From the NCBI GenBank assembly GCA_965153285.1, contig OZ229112.1: DNA of 64,000 nt. One strand, written 5' to 3'. The notes under the pieces were generated by a model, which was not told the DNA's origin, did not search any database, and saw nothing but the letters and a program-made list of their open reading frames with translations. The DNA is from Podarcis tiliguerta. Its lineage: Eukaryota. The translations under genes and the position numbers were made by a program. Shown piece after piece: positions 1 to 11,400 of the stretch. The stretch's first letter is position 1; the number at the start of each line of letters is the position of its first letter.

Positions 1-2066
1 GCTGTATGTATATCAACCCTGACCTTTTCCATAATGTCTAATACAAAGATGGGGAACCTTTTTCAGCCCAAGGGTATGTTATCCCATAGACAACCTTCTG
101 GAAGTCACGAGTGGCCTCAAAACACAAGTGGGTGAGGGTCACAGTGGGCACCCAAATGTATACCATCTATCACACCCACCCCAGCCCAAAGCAATTAGGC
201 TTGAAAGGGGAATTCTAGTTTTTACATGCCTGATTGCCAGCGAGAGTGATCTTAATGGAGACTGCAGCTGGGTTGATGGAGACTGAACACAGCCATCGTT
301 TGGCAGGAGGTTATTTTCAAGTCTAATTGCAGCAGGATAGGGTGAAGGTGGTGAGTTTTGGAAGCGGAGTTGTAGTGTGTTCCTTCTGGTGCAGCAATTA
401 GGCTTGAGAATAGCCTTTCTGTGGCTCCAATGGAAGGCTATTTTCAAACCTGTGTGTGTGGTTTGGTTGGGGAAGCCTCTCAGTTCTCATCTGGTTCATG
501 GGCTGGCAGCTTCCCACTAGTACATGTGCCTTAATATCATCATATTCAGTGTCTCTCTGCCAATGGCCACCAGTGATATGGAGTGGTACGGGGAAATGCA
601 GAAGACTAGAAAATTGGGGAATTGGTATGTCCTTGTATTAGACCGCATGGAGGTGGTAACTAGACCTGGTGCTGCTGTTTTGGGAGTCAGCTGCATGTCT
701 TTTTCTAAGTTTGGATCAAGTATTTGTCTGATGAAATCAGATACTAAGAAAATATTTTTAAAGAAAATATCTTCTTAGAGATCATTCCCCCCCTCCAAAC
801 CCTTTATACAATATTTTCTCTTATTATCTTCTGGAATTTTCTGAAAATTAGGATTTAACTGAAGACCCTTCAGTATGTTTAGTGATCATTGCAACTGATG
901 ACATGAACACCCCATTCTTCATGCTGTCAGGACTCCAAAATTTATTTAAAATAAGTTATTTATTTGTCTAATGAAATTGCAGTGGTTAAATAAAACATGT
1001 TAAGATTTTAGGAGGAATTCAACATTATGATTGTTCTGTCAACGAAAGCACTTCGGCTTGCTAGATGGAAAAAATTCCCCTCTCCTCCCCCCTGCATTGT
1101 TCAGGGGTGTGTGTGTCTCCCAACTTCCCAGAGCCAATTTGGGTCGGGAGCATGGGGGGTACAAGAGGAGAACATGGGGTGGAAGCCTCATTGCATTAGC
1201 AGGACTTGTGCTGGCTTCCACTAGCACAATTGTTTAGTTGAATTAAAGAACTGTAGAATTGGAAGGGATCCCAAGGGTAATCTAGTCCAACCTCCTGCAA
1301 TGCAATTTGAATCCATAGCAGACCCTGCTTAGATTTGCAAAATGTGCTAGCAGTTTTATTTCAGCGTCATCCTATTCAAAATCATTTTGTGTTTAATGAA
1401 CAAATACTTCTGAAACTACAATGCTGTCTGAAGACTACGTGTGTTTTTTAAGTGCAAGTGGATACTGTCAATTTGAAAAAGTAACTTTCCTGTAATGTAT
1501 AAATACAATTTTATCCTGTATAATATTTTTATGACAGCAAACAGGTTTGGGTATTTGGAGATTATGATTGCTCCAAACTATAATGTACACTCAGAAATCA
1601 CCCAATTCCTCAAGAAAGAAGAGTTTTATTCCTGTTTTTAGATGGTAATGCTACTCAACACCCAAATGGGGGAAAACAATTTTGCAAAGAGTTTGGACCC
1701 AGTAACTGAGACAAAATGTCCTTAACCAACACAGTTAGCATGCTCTGTAAGCTGATGCATTATGAGAAATATGTTTTCTTCACAACATCTGCTGTATTAC
1801 AAGAAAAGCCAACTTCTGAGATATACATAAATTTAATCTTCTTTTTATATAAAAGGACTGGACTAAATTTTGCCCTCAGCCAAGCAAGCTCTGTTCCCCC
1901 CTAGAACCGAGTCAAACAAGGAGCTGCAGGAACATAACTTAGGGCAGAATTTAGCCTCCTCTGTCATTACAAAGAAAGAAAATCCTTTAGTGGATAAATA
2001 ATGAAGGAAAGAATCTATAAAACAAACAAGCAAGCATTAAAATATAATAAGTACAAAAAAACCAAA

Positions 2067-2230
2067 NNNNNNNNNNNNNNNNNNNNNNNNNNNNNNNNNN
2101 NNNNNNNNNNNNNNNNNNNNNNNNNNNNNNNNNNNNNNNNNNNNNNNNNNNNNNNNNNNNNNNNNNNNNNNNNNNNNNNNNNNNNNNNNNNNNNNNNNNN
2201 NNNNNNNNNNNNNNNNNNNNNNNNNNNNNN
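2067..2230. other. Assembly gap (164 N)
   Basis: Run of n characters. Confidence 1.
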
Positions 2231-2246
2231 GAGAGATGTAGCTATC
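2088..2246 (-). CDS. ARID1B: ARID1B exon (approx. exon 11, 53-aa alternative exon); only the first 16 nt are visible, the rest lies in the N gap
   Basis: A strong pyrimidine tract and acceptor, cctctttttttattcctctaccacag|GAT AGC TAC ATC TCT C, is followed by Ns. DSYIS in phase 0 matches human DSYSSQG. The 3' coordinate (2088) is inferred from the recalled 159-nt human exon and is not observed. Confidence 0.8.
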
Positions 2247-2990
2247 CTGTGGTAGAGGAATAAAAAAAGAGGACAAAGGCAGGGCAAACTTTATTAAAAA
2301 TGAAAAAAATACATCCAGTTTAAACAGATTGACCATTCTTTTTCTTTTTAACTATATAAAACATAGAGAGAGAGAAACACACAGAGACACACACAGAAAA
2401 CACATATACATGTAAATAAATAAATATATAGATAGATAATACGTAAATTATCAAAACGACATTATTATATAATTTGGAAAGTTTGCTGGATGCTTGGCTG
2501 AAGTCGCTATGCCACCATGCTTCCCTCAAGCTAAATGGAGTATCAAGCATGGGTTTCCCCTTATGAGATAAAGAGAAAAAAATAAATAAAGCTGTTCACC
2601 TTATTTTTATCAAATAAGGCAGGAAAGCAAAAGTATGCTGCTGCTGAAACGGCCAAAACAGGAAGCTATAACCGAAGATAGAGGAAATGGCTGCAAGTAC
2701 CAAGGTAAGACCCACTCCCCGCGCACCCAGTGGCGTAGCTCAATTTCCCCACAAGGTTTTCCGTATGTTCCCTTGCCCCCGCGAGTTACAATGCCATAAG
2801 AACTAGTAACTTTCAGATCCACACAATGAGGGGAAGAAAATAAAACAACATAAAAAAACCAGATTGCATGTGAATGGAAAAGAGCATGCGGGATAGAACA
2901 GAAAAGGGCAAGCTCAAATCAGAGAATGAAGGACAAAATAGCAGAGTTCTGCTGCGCCAAACCAACATCACATGCAGGTGAGGGAAGTAC

Positions 2991-3097
2991 CTTTTTGCTC
3001 TCAAACTGAGGAGGCCCGTCTTCTTTTCCATCTGGCTTGAGAGGGATGGGCAGTTTGGACTCGCCTGGAGTCATCATATCTGCAAGACCCATAGGGG
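2991..3097 (-). CDS. ARID1B: ARID1B coding exon (approx. exon 10), 107 nt, phase 1-0
   Basis: tgtttttgattag|CC CCT ATG GGT CTT GCA GAT ATG ATG...GAG AGC AAA AAG|gtactt. It encodes (A)[35 protein letters not shown], matching human [25 protein letters not shown]. Confidence 0.95.
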
Positions 3098-3775
3098 CTA
3101 ATCAAAAACAGGTGGTACAATTTAGCATCAAGGTTGACTTCTCGGTATGTCAAAAACTGATGATGCAAGAAACTGGAATATATCAATACTCCATCTTTTA
3201 CAGAGGCTGAGAAGTCCTTTAGATCTCACAAGTTAAGTGCTATATGTGCAATAAGAGAAAATGTCTCCAAATTAGTACACCCACATAATCACTCTACAAA
3301 CCTGAAACACAGTTTTAAGGTCTAATTTTAATATCTAATTATTGAGTGACTCACTTTAATAACTGACAGCAATATAATCCAAACCATATATGCTTGCCAT
3401 GGTAATGCTGAAAAATTGCGGACAACTTCATTAGGCACCTCTTGGATTTGTGGAGTAACAAACTATGTTTGATTCTTAAGTCACTTTCTCAAGCACAAAT
3501 GTTTTCATTATGAAAAGCTACTTTGGTTACTAGCATTTTAGCAGTCACTATATAATGCATACTTATTATGCAATAATACAGCACCCCAGAGTACCCAGGC
3601 CCAAGGCTGAGTTTATAGCTACCTGGAGAGTGGCAGTATAAGAGAAACTGATGATTTGGTTTTCATGAGAGCATTTTCAGTGCCACCAGTGTTGGAACAA
3701 GTTCCTTTGTACTTTCATAGATGTGAACAAGCACCAGATGACTTATGGTCAATTTGAATGTTTACTTCATAAGTT

Positions 3776-3899
3776 TAGGGCTGCCATACATCCAGAATTT
3801 CCTGGACATATCTGGGAGTTGTCTGCCGAAAATAGTGTCCAGGGGAATTTTCAGAAATCTGTTAAAATATCTGGGAAAATCCGGGCATATGGCGGCCCA
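3776..3899. mobile_element. hAT-like MITE
   Basis: Imperfect TIRs TAGGGCTGCCATA / TATGGCGGCCCA and internal repeated ccggg/ctgga motifs. Confidence 0.6.
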
Positions 3900-4879
3900 C
3901 ATTGGAATTTTAAAAAACCCAGCTTTTGTCTAAAAAAGCTCAACAAATTTCCAAAAAAAGCTCAACAAACACAAGAAATACTCCTGCTTCTGCTTCCCTC
4001 TTAATGTCCCATCACTGTTAAACAGATCTTGCAGGTGGATTTGTGTTCTGACCCAAACTCTTTTGCCCACAGAACTCCTTCATGGGTCAGATTCATGTGG
4101 CAATGTTTCATATATGGCTTCATTAGTGGAAAAACAGAAGTGCAAATGATTCTCACATCAGCTGTTCCAACTAATAAATTAAGGTCTGAATTGGCCCTTG
4201 TGGTATGTTATCTGAGTACCACAATAAAATCTGTATGATTACACTATAAAATATCACATAATATTTCTCTGAGCCTCTTAGTTGCCAAATCCCAAGCCTA
4301 CAACCTACTCAACTACATTCTTCAACTTGTAAATTATTCTGTAGATCTGTTCTGTGGCCGATATGGGTATTCAGCTATTTTCCTTCTTAAAGAAGTCAGC
4401 TGGGAACATAGCTGAATGCTGATCATTCTCGTTCAGATAACACTTATGCAGACACTTTCCAGAGGTGTGCCAAAGAAATGTTCATTTTCTTCTCATTGTT
4501 TTGAAGGTGGGAAAAGTGCAGTATAGAGCTATTGTCGCATTTTTCCTGAATTTCATGTTTCAAAGCCGAAAGTCAAAAGAAACATTCAGATCAATTATGT
4601 ATATTGTGTTTTCTCTGTACAGTATAAAACTGTGTGAACAAACAGTGCAAGCTCACACTGTGGAATGAATCCTTTAAAAACAACAATTTCTAAGAATGTA
4701 CCACTGGACAAGTTACTGTAGTTATATGTTGTTCTTGTATTTACATGAAAACCAGTAAAATTATTTGGGAAGGGGGGAATAATTTCTTAAATCCTCAGCC
4801 TACCACATTCCAAAGGTTTGAGTGAGAGCAAAACATCTTGATGATGTGATTCAAGAAACATCCCTTTCAGCATTTCCTG

Positions 4880-5215
4880 TCATGTCTCAGCCTTTTCACT
4901 TCTCTCTAAAATGCCACTACACAAATCATTTGCCTTTCCCATTGCTTGATCCCCTCCTCAAATCTGTACATGGTTTCCCATACCCTCCTTCATCCAGGAT
5001 GGACTTACCTTTATAGGTCTCCAAAACCTTGCCTAAATCTTTTGGTCCTCTATTACCAATTATTATATCCTCCAAGTCTACCATTGTCAGTTACCCAAAT
5101 GTTTCTTACTCTCTGACTTCACACATTTTCCCTTGCTATCCCCATGCATCAAAGTCCCTGCCCAATATGTACATAGTGTCATCTCTCACTTTTTCCAAGA
5201 GGCCTTTGCTTTAAA
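4880..5215 (+). mobile_element. Possible ancient L2 3' fragment
   Basis: Pyrimidine-rich segment with L2-like phrases (cccctcctcaaatct...catggtttccca; ttttccttgctatccccatgc). Heavily decayed. Confidence 0.35.
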
Positions 5216-5415
5216 CTGCTGCAAGGCAACTGCAAACTCAGATCTAAGTCCTGTTGAGTTCAATGGTCCTTACTCCTTGGTCAGTGTGGTTCAGATTACA
5301 GCCTAACCTTATACACACTCAATTGGGAATAAGCTCCCCTGAACTCAGTGGGACTCACTTTTGACTGGACACGTATAAATGATTGTATTGTAATATTTTA
5401 AATTTGCTGTTCGCA

Positions 5416-5440
5416 TTCCTTCCTTCCTTCCTTCCTTCCT
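5416..5440 (+). repeat. (TTCC)n microsatellite
   Basis: ttccttccttccttccttccttcct. Confidence 0.9.
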
Positions 5441-8400
5441 ATTCTTGTCTCTGTCTCCCCCAATTTGGTGTATTTCCTACTATTCTAGAATACAAGCCTT
5501 GGGGGCATTTCACTTTCCCCCTTAAGAAATCTGTAGAGTACTATGTATACGGTTGCCACCGTAAGAGAGAGAGAGAGTATTCTTAAGAGTATTTGCAATC
5601 TCCATGGAATATACAGTGGCAAAACCTAATTTTAAAGTATAAGCATTTTTGAACATTTTTATTTTCTGCTACATAACAGGTAAATATTATTAGTTGAACT
5701 TTCATTTCTGTTATTACCCTCCAAAATAAAAAGAAGCCTGCAGACCTCAATGCAGTCACAAATGTGAGCAAAAGGAGCTCCACATTTGGTATAGAACATA
5801 TAGCTAACTAAGTTCAACACATTTTTGTTAACTATGCAAAATGTGTTTAAAAATAGTAGACGGAGAAGGAAAGGCTAAATAAATTATGATGGATATTGCA
5901 GAATAATAAAAATCTAGCCTGATTATTATTGGGCTGCTTTGCTTTTCTGTAAAATGATAATGCAGTGTTTTACTCAGCAGCCAACATGTGGGAGAACAAG
6001 CCAAAGGGGAAGGGGGGAGCTTTAAAAAAACTTCACAGATTGCCCACTACAAAATGATTATTGCACATATTCATGTATTACTATGTTTTAGAAAATAATT
6101 AGTTTTAATTACAGCAGTGAGAGAGCAAGCAAGACTCTGGCGAATAAGCTGGCAAGCTTCATGGTGCTAATTTGCTAATATCTTTAGCATCACATCACTG
6201 CAGGTTGGGAGAACGGCTCTGCCAAAAAACCTACCCAGCCATGTGCCGCGCGAGTTTACAGCTAACTATATACTCAATACTCATCTCTGAACTGCCATAG
6301 GCTTATTTGTAGGTTGCTGTGGTGCGTTTGTAGGCCAAACAAGGCATTTGAAATATTGTAATGCGGAAATTACTACAGTACTTGGCTTTAAAAAAGTAGT
6401 TTCAGTCTTGTATATTTAAAAATGGGAACAAGATGTCTATTTCCAAACAATGCAATAACTGAGAAACAGCCAGTGCTTTTTATGAATGGAAGTAAAATGA
6501 TAACGAAGCAACCAAAGAGTGACTAAATGCACAAGGCCATCCAAGTTGCATTTCTGACCTCACCCATTTGCTCTGGAGACAGCTGTGGGACTTAGGGCAG
6601 AAGCAAAAGACCACTCTCCTTGTGGCCAGCATTTTTCCTACTTGAATTTAACTGCAGTAGTGGGAAGACTGAATTTGGTTGCCAATTCACTAGCTGCAAG
6701 TTTGTGTGATGCCATTGAAAGCTTTCTGAATGGTGCTGGAGTGGTTATGTTGTGCAGAACAGCAGTTTGTGCTAGCAGCGAAATCTTCAGGTGGCCCATT
6801 CAGCTGCTTGCAGAAGGATTTGCAAGGGTTATAAAATCTGAAAATTGTAAATAAAATTTTGAGTAATTATGATCCAGAGAAACAGGCTGGGCTATAGAGC
6901 ATTTGACATGTACTTCATATGAGCTGCCCCAAGCAAGCAAGAGTGTGTAAGAAGCCTTCCATGTGCGTTACTGGTGTGGATTCAGATGCAAATCCAGTTG
7001 CACATCAACATCTGCATTGCATTGCACAGGACTAATTGCTCACAACAACAGCTGGATCTAAGTTACCATGTCATCTTGAGAAAGAAGTACTACTATAGAC
7101 TTTTGTGTAGCATCCATAGGTATTTCTTTATCCTTTGTTGAAATGCTTTGTAAAGACTTACAAGAATGCTTCCAAGGGATTTGCGGCTGGTATCCCTTTG
7201 CTTTCTAGTCCAATGACAAACTGAGGGTATTATTTTGACCCCTTTTCAAACAGTGAAAGAACACTATTGTCACAATTCCAGCAAATTAAGGCACGTGCGT
7301 GCACACACACGCTCTCTTCTCCAGTGACCCTAATGATCCTGCCCACAAACTACAAATATATAAAACATTAAAAAGAAGAAGATAACAGTGAAATCTGTGA
7401 TTGAAAAAGAGTTGCAATGTAGAGTGAATAGGTTCCAAGAACTAGCCCCAGGCTTTATTATAAGAAGTTGAAAGTCGGAATAATTTAAAAAAGAAAATAT
7501 GGGTCAAGGTCCTGTTGTAGCTATATACCACACCAAACTTAGCTCACATGTGAGTTAAACTGCAGTCAAGTATCATAAGACTATCTGTATTCCTGGGCTA
7601 GATGCCATGCTTGTCCTATAGGAGAGGCAATGGTGATCAGTCTATGGGGAAACAGCCCACAGCAAATCATTAGGCTGAATTTTGGATTCTTCAGGAAGAG
7701 CCCAGGTCGGGACTTAACAATTCTGGGTCCAATCCACCAGAACCAGTAAAAAATTTTGATTACATTTACTTTCCCTTCTTCCTCCAGATGCTGCTGCCTC
7801 AGACTACCAGCCTAGCACTGTCCACTCCGACTGAGAAAGGAGTCCCTTTCAGTCCTCCTAAACAAGACCGTTCCTGGGGATTGAAGGTACAACTGTCTGT
7901 GTGCAAACCATGGGTGCACTACCACACAATGAGTTTAAAGTCACTACAACCTGGTGAGGTAGGTTTGGCTGAGAGATTTGCACAAGACTGAATGCTAGAC
8001 TCCGTATAAACCTATGTTCCAAGCAGCCCAGTACTTTAGCTGCCACTGACCCAATGTGGTCTTAAGCCTTTGTAAGAAAACGTTCGGACGGTTTGTGGCC
8101 TTCGATTTTAACTGTGATGCTGTAGCTGTACCAAGGTGTTTTGGGTTGTATCAAGTGAAACTTGGAAAATCACACCCTATCTGCTAGAAAAAGTAAAGGG
8201 TGGATTTGGCTTTGAGGCAGGAAAGAAAGAGAGGTGAGTGCTCATTGCTTTGTTTAAAAAGGAGAGGTTGGTGGGTGGAACAGCTCAGGTCATTTGGTCT
8301 TGCGGACTAAAACATACAGAAAAAGCAAGGTTGCTGTGAGGAGAGTAAATGTGTATCTGCAGCAGAATCTAACAACGTTACACACACACCTGCCCTTTAT

Positions 8401-11400
8401 TTTAAAAGGGACAACCTGACCCAAAACTTTGCAGGAGCTCCAGCCCAGACACATATTGAATCGAGCTGTATGGGACAGTTTTGTGCATATATCATTTCAG
8501 CTCCTGAGATCTGGTCCTTGCACGAAGGCTCACTTTAAGCCCAGTGATATGAGCTTGGCAGCAGAGCTCCATATCAGAGTATATGCCCAGAAACATCCCA
8601 CCCCCCAAACATTTCTGCAATGTAAGGCCATCTAAAAAAAATGGATTCTGAAGTCTGAATCAGTAGGAGACAGATTATGCAAAACTGCATGACTGCCCAG
8701 AATAAGCAGCTTTTCACAGCACAGGATCTCTGTGCAGTCACTAGTTTCCCCTTGTGCCTGGAACAGCTTCATTTGCCCAAATGTGACTCTGTGCATGGAT
8801 CGCCTACCACCGTAAAAGACTGAGGATTTCTGCACTGTATACCCGAGTGTACACTGAGCTTTGGTTTGAGGCAAATGGCTGCAGAAACTGCAAATGTACT
8901 TTGGTTGAGACACAACTGGATTGAGCGGCAAGAAAACCATAAGCAATAATAATAATAATAATAATTTTAAAGAAAAAGTAGACAAAGTAACACTTTTTGT
9001 GCCTGCAATAAAAATTGATCATAAAAACCTACTTGCATTACAGGTATATTCACATGCACTTCGTAATATTACACACTGAACTACCATTTTCACTAAAATT
9101 CAAAAATGAAATTAATTCCCACCATTGTTAACAAAAAAGGGGGAAGCCTTCTGTTCATCTGTCTTTTTGAAGAAATTCCTTCACTGCTTTCTCCTAAGCC
9201 CCCTCCCCCTGGCATTATAACTGAAGAAACAGTTGTCATATTCATAGTCACACTGATTCTATTTAAATAATTATTTGCTCACTGAAGCCTATTACACAAG
9301 GGAGGTTTTCTTTCAGAGCATCGGAGCTCTACACTAGTTAAGAGACGTTTTCTGTATCTGCCATGTTTTCTTAACGGAACAGGGAGATGGCTGAAATGAC
9401 AGTCATCTAAATCGGTGTCTGTAGCACTGTTTAAATTCCACTGGCAGAGCTGCAACTATTATCTTTTGATTTTTATGTTTCCTGCACCAGAGCTACAATT
9501 TGGGGCAATAGGGACCTCTCTGAAAATGCTGTCATCTTTCCTGTGCCCATTCATAGTACATACGGGCATGGGTGGTTATAGGACAAATGCCGGTTTCAGG
9601 TTTGGCCATGATCCTGAGGACTATGTTTCTACATGTAGCTGAATCTTTCTATAATGTGCAGCATGTGCTAATAGTGGTTAAGACCATTAGCCCAAGGGGG
9701 GGGGGGGAGATATACTGGACTAGAACTGGTCTGACTCAGGTTGTGCACACATTGCTGGCTTAAAACAGATCAAATTTGTTCTTTTTTGCTGTGTTTGCAC
9801 ATTACTGTACATGTCAGCAGACTTTGATGTGTATCACAGTTGCCTGCTCAATGTTCACACCATTGGGTTGAGACAGGGCAGGTATGTCTTTACCTGATGA
9901 GCAATTCTCAATTTGTATTGAAGCTGTTGGGGTGTGCGTGTTTATCAAAATGCAGTATTTGGTGACTTTGGCCCATTTACTATCTCTCAGACTAGTTACC
10001 TCCCAGGATTGCTGTGTGAATAAAAGGGAGGGGAGAGAACCTTGTACACCATCCTGAGCTCCTTAATGAATGAATAAGCTTGGGAACAGGGAGATAGGGA
10101 TAACAATTTTCTCAGCTCTTGATGGAAAGCAACCTGATTATATACATGAATGATGGCAAAAACTTATATTTAAGTTAGTTTCTGGAGATGAAACCAGACA
10201 TACAGAATCCATAGAGTCACCACTTAAAAGTACAGCCAAGCACCACCGTGGCTGAATCCTGGAAACTGATTCCATTGCTAAATTCAATAAGTAATAATAA
10301 AGAGAGTAATTTAGATTAGGGATAGAGTGGCCTTCCTTCTTCACTGAATAATTTCACTCAAGATCTGGGGGACCGAGGCTTCCAGGCAGCAGGTCATGCT
10401 ATCTAGGGAAGCTTGAGCTTAACATCTCCCTCTCTTCCCACTTTCTAAAATTCAGCACTAAATATAAGAGGTGGGCAATTTGTGGCTCTCCCTATGCTGC
10501 TGGACTCCCATCAGCCTTAGTTATCATGGCCAATGGGCAGGAATGAGGTGAACTGTAGCCCAGAATCAACTGGATGGCCACAGGTCCCCTACTCTCTGGT
10601 ATAAAAGTTTATCATATAAGTTGCCCGCACCCACATGCCAAGGCAGTTATCTAATGCCTTCAGACACATGGCTGAAGCCAGCATTAGCATCCTTATATAT
10701 ATGCTTGGAAATATGGGAAGTGCAGGGATGGTAATGCTGGGCTTCACCAAATGATCAAAGCCAGCAGGCAGCTGCCAATGGGACATTCTTAAGTGGCTGT
10801 CATGAGGCTCCTGCTTGTCTGAATCTGCCCTTGTTTCTCCGTCTCCGTCATGAATTTGCTAAGGTAAAATAGCTCACCAGTAAAATATTTTCAAACTATG
10901 TGCACCAGTACCAGTTCTTATAATGATGATAGTATATTTCCTTGGAGCACAAAAAACTGTAATGTTTTGTGATGCTGTGCTTTCACAGCTGATGAAATAT
11001 CCTCCTCTCAACACTTCCTGATCAGTGGAGTATGTTAAGTTGTTTTGTGGCTGTAATTTGTGTCTTTAAGCTAGCTGTACTGTGTAGAACAATTTGCGGA
11101 GTACACATCATAGGCCCCTACACATCACATTATTTATAAATCTACTTACATTTACTTAACTTCTGATTAAATGTAAAACATATGCCAGAAATTAGACTTC
11201 TGAAGCTTAGTTTATATGAACAGATTCAATTAATTCTATCCCATTAAATATTTGGTACCCCAGGATTGCTTGTCCCATCTCCACAACTAAAATGATGGAA
11301 GCCTTTTCTGTAAATGATATCAAGGGTACAGAATTGCCAGCTGCTAAATCAAAGTTTACACTTCAGGGACACTTTTGAGCAAAGTGATCCTTCTCAATTG

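Noticed and set aside
139-745. Minus-strand ORF 139..447 and upstream open stretches with Pro/Ser/Gln content, behind an AG at ~745, as a possible further ARID1B exon
   Set aside because: No frame resembles known ARID1B sequence, all frames hit stops, and there is no convincing donor. The next expected exon should lie beyond the window edge.
2728-2740. cagtggcgtagc, identical to the hAT TIR at 25946
   Set aside because: No partner TIR or TSD nearby; probably coincidence.
7760-7991. Plus-strand pyrimidine tract + CAG followed by ORF 7788..7991, as a possible antisense exon
   Set aside because: No recognisable protein and no partner exons; such acceptor-like strings occur by chance.
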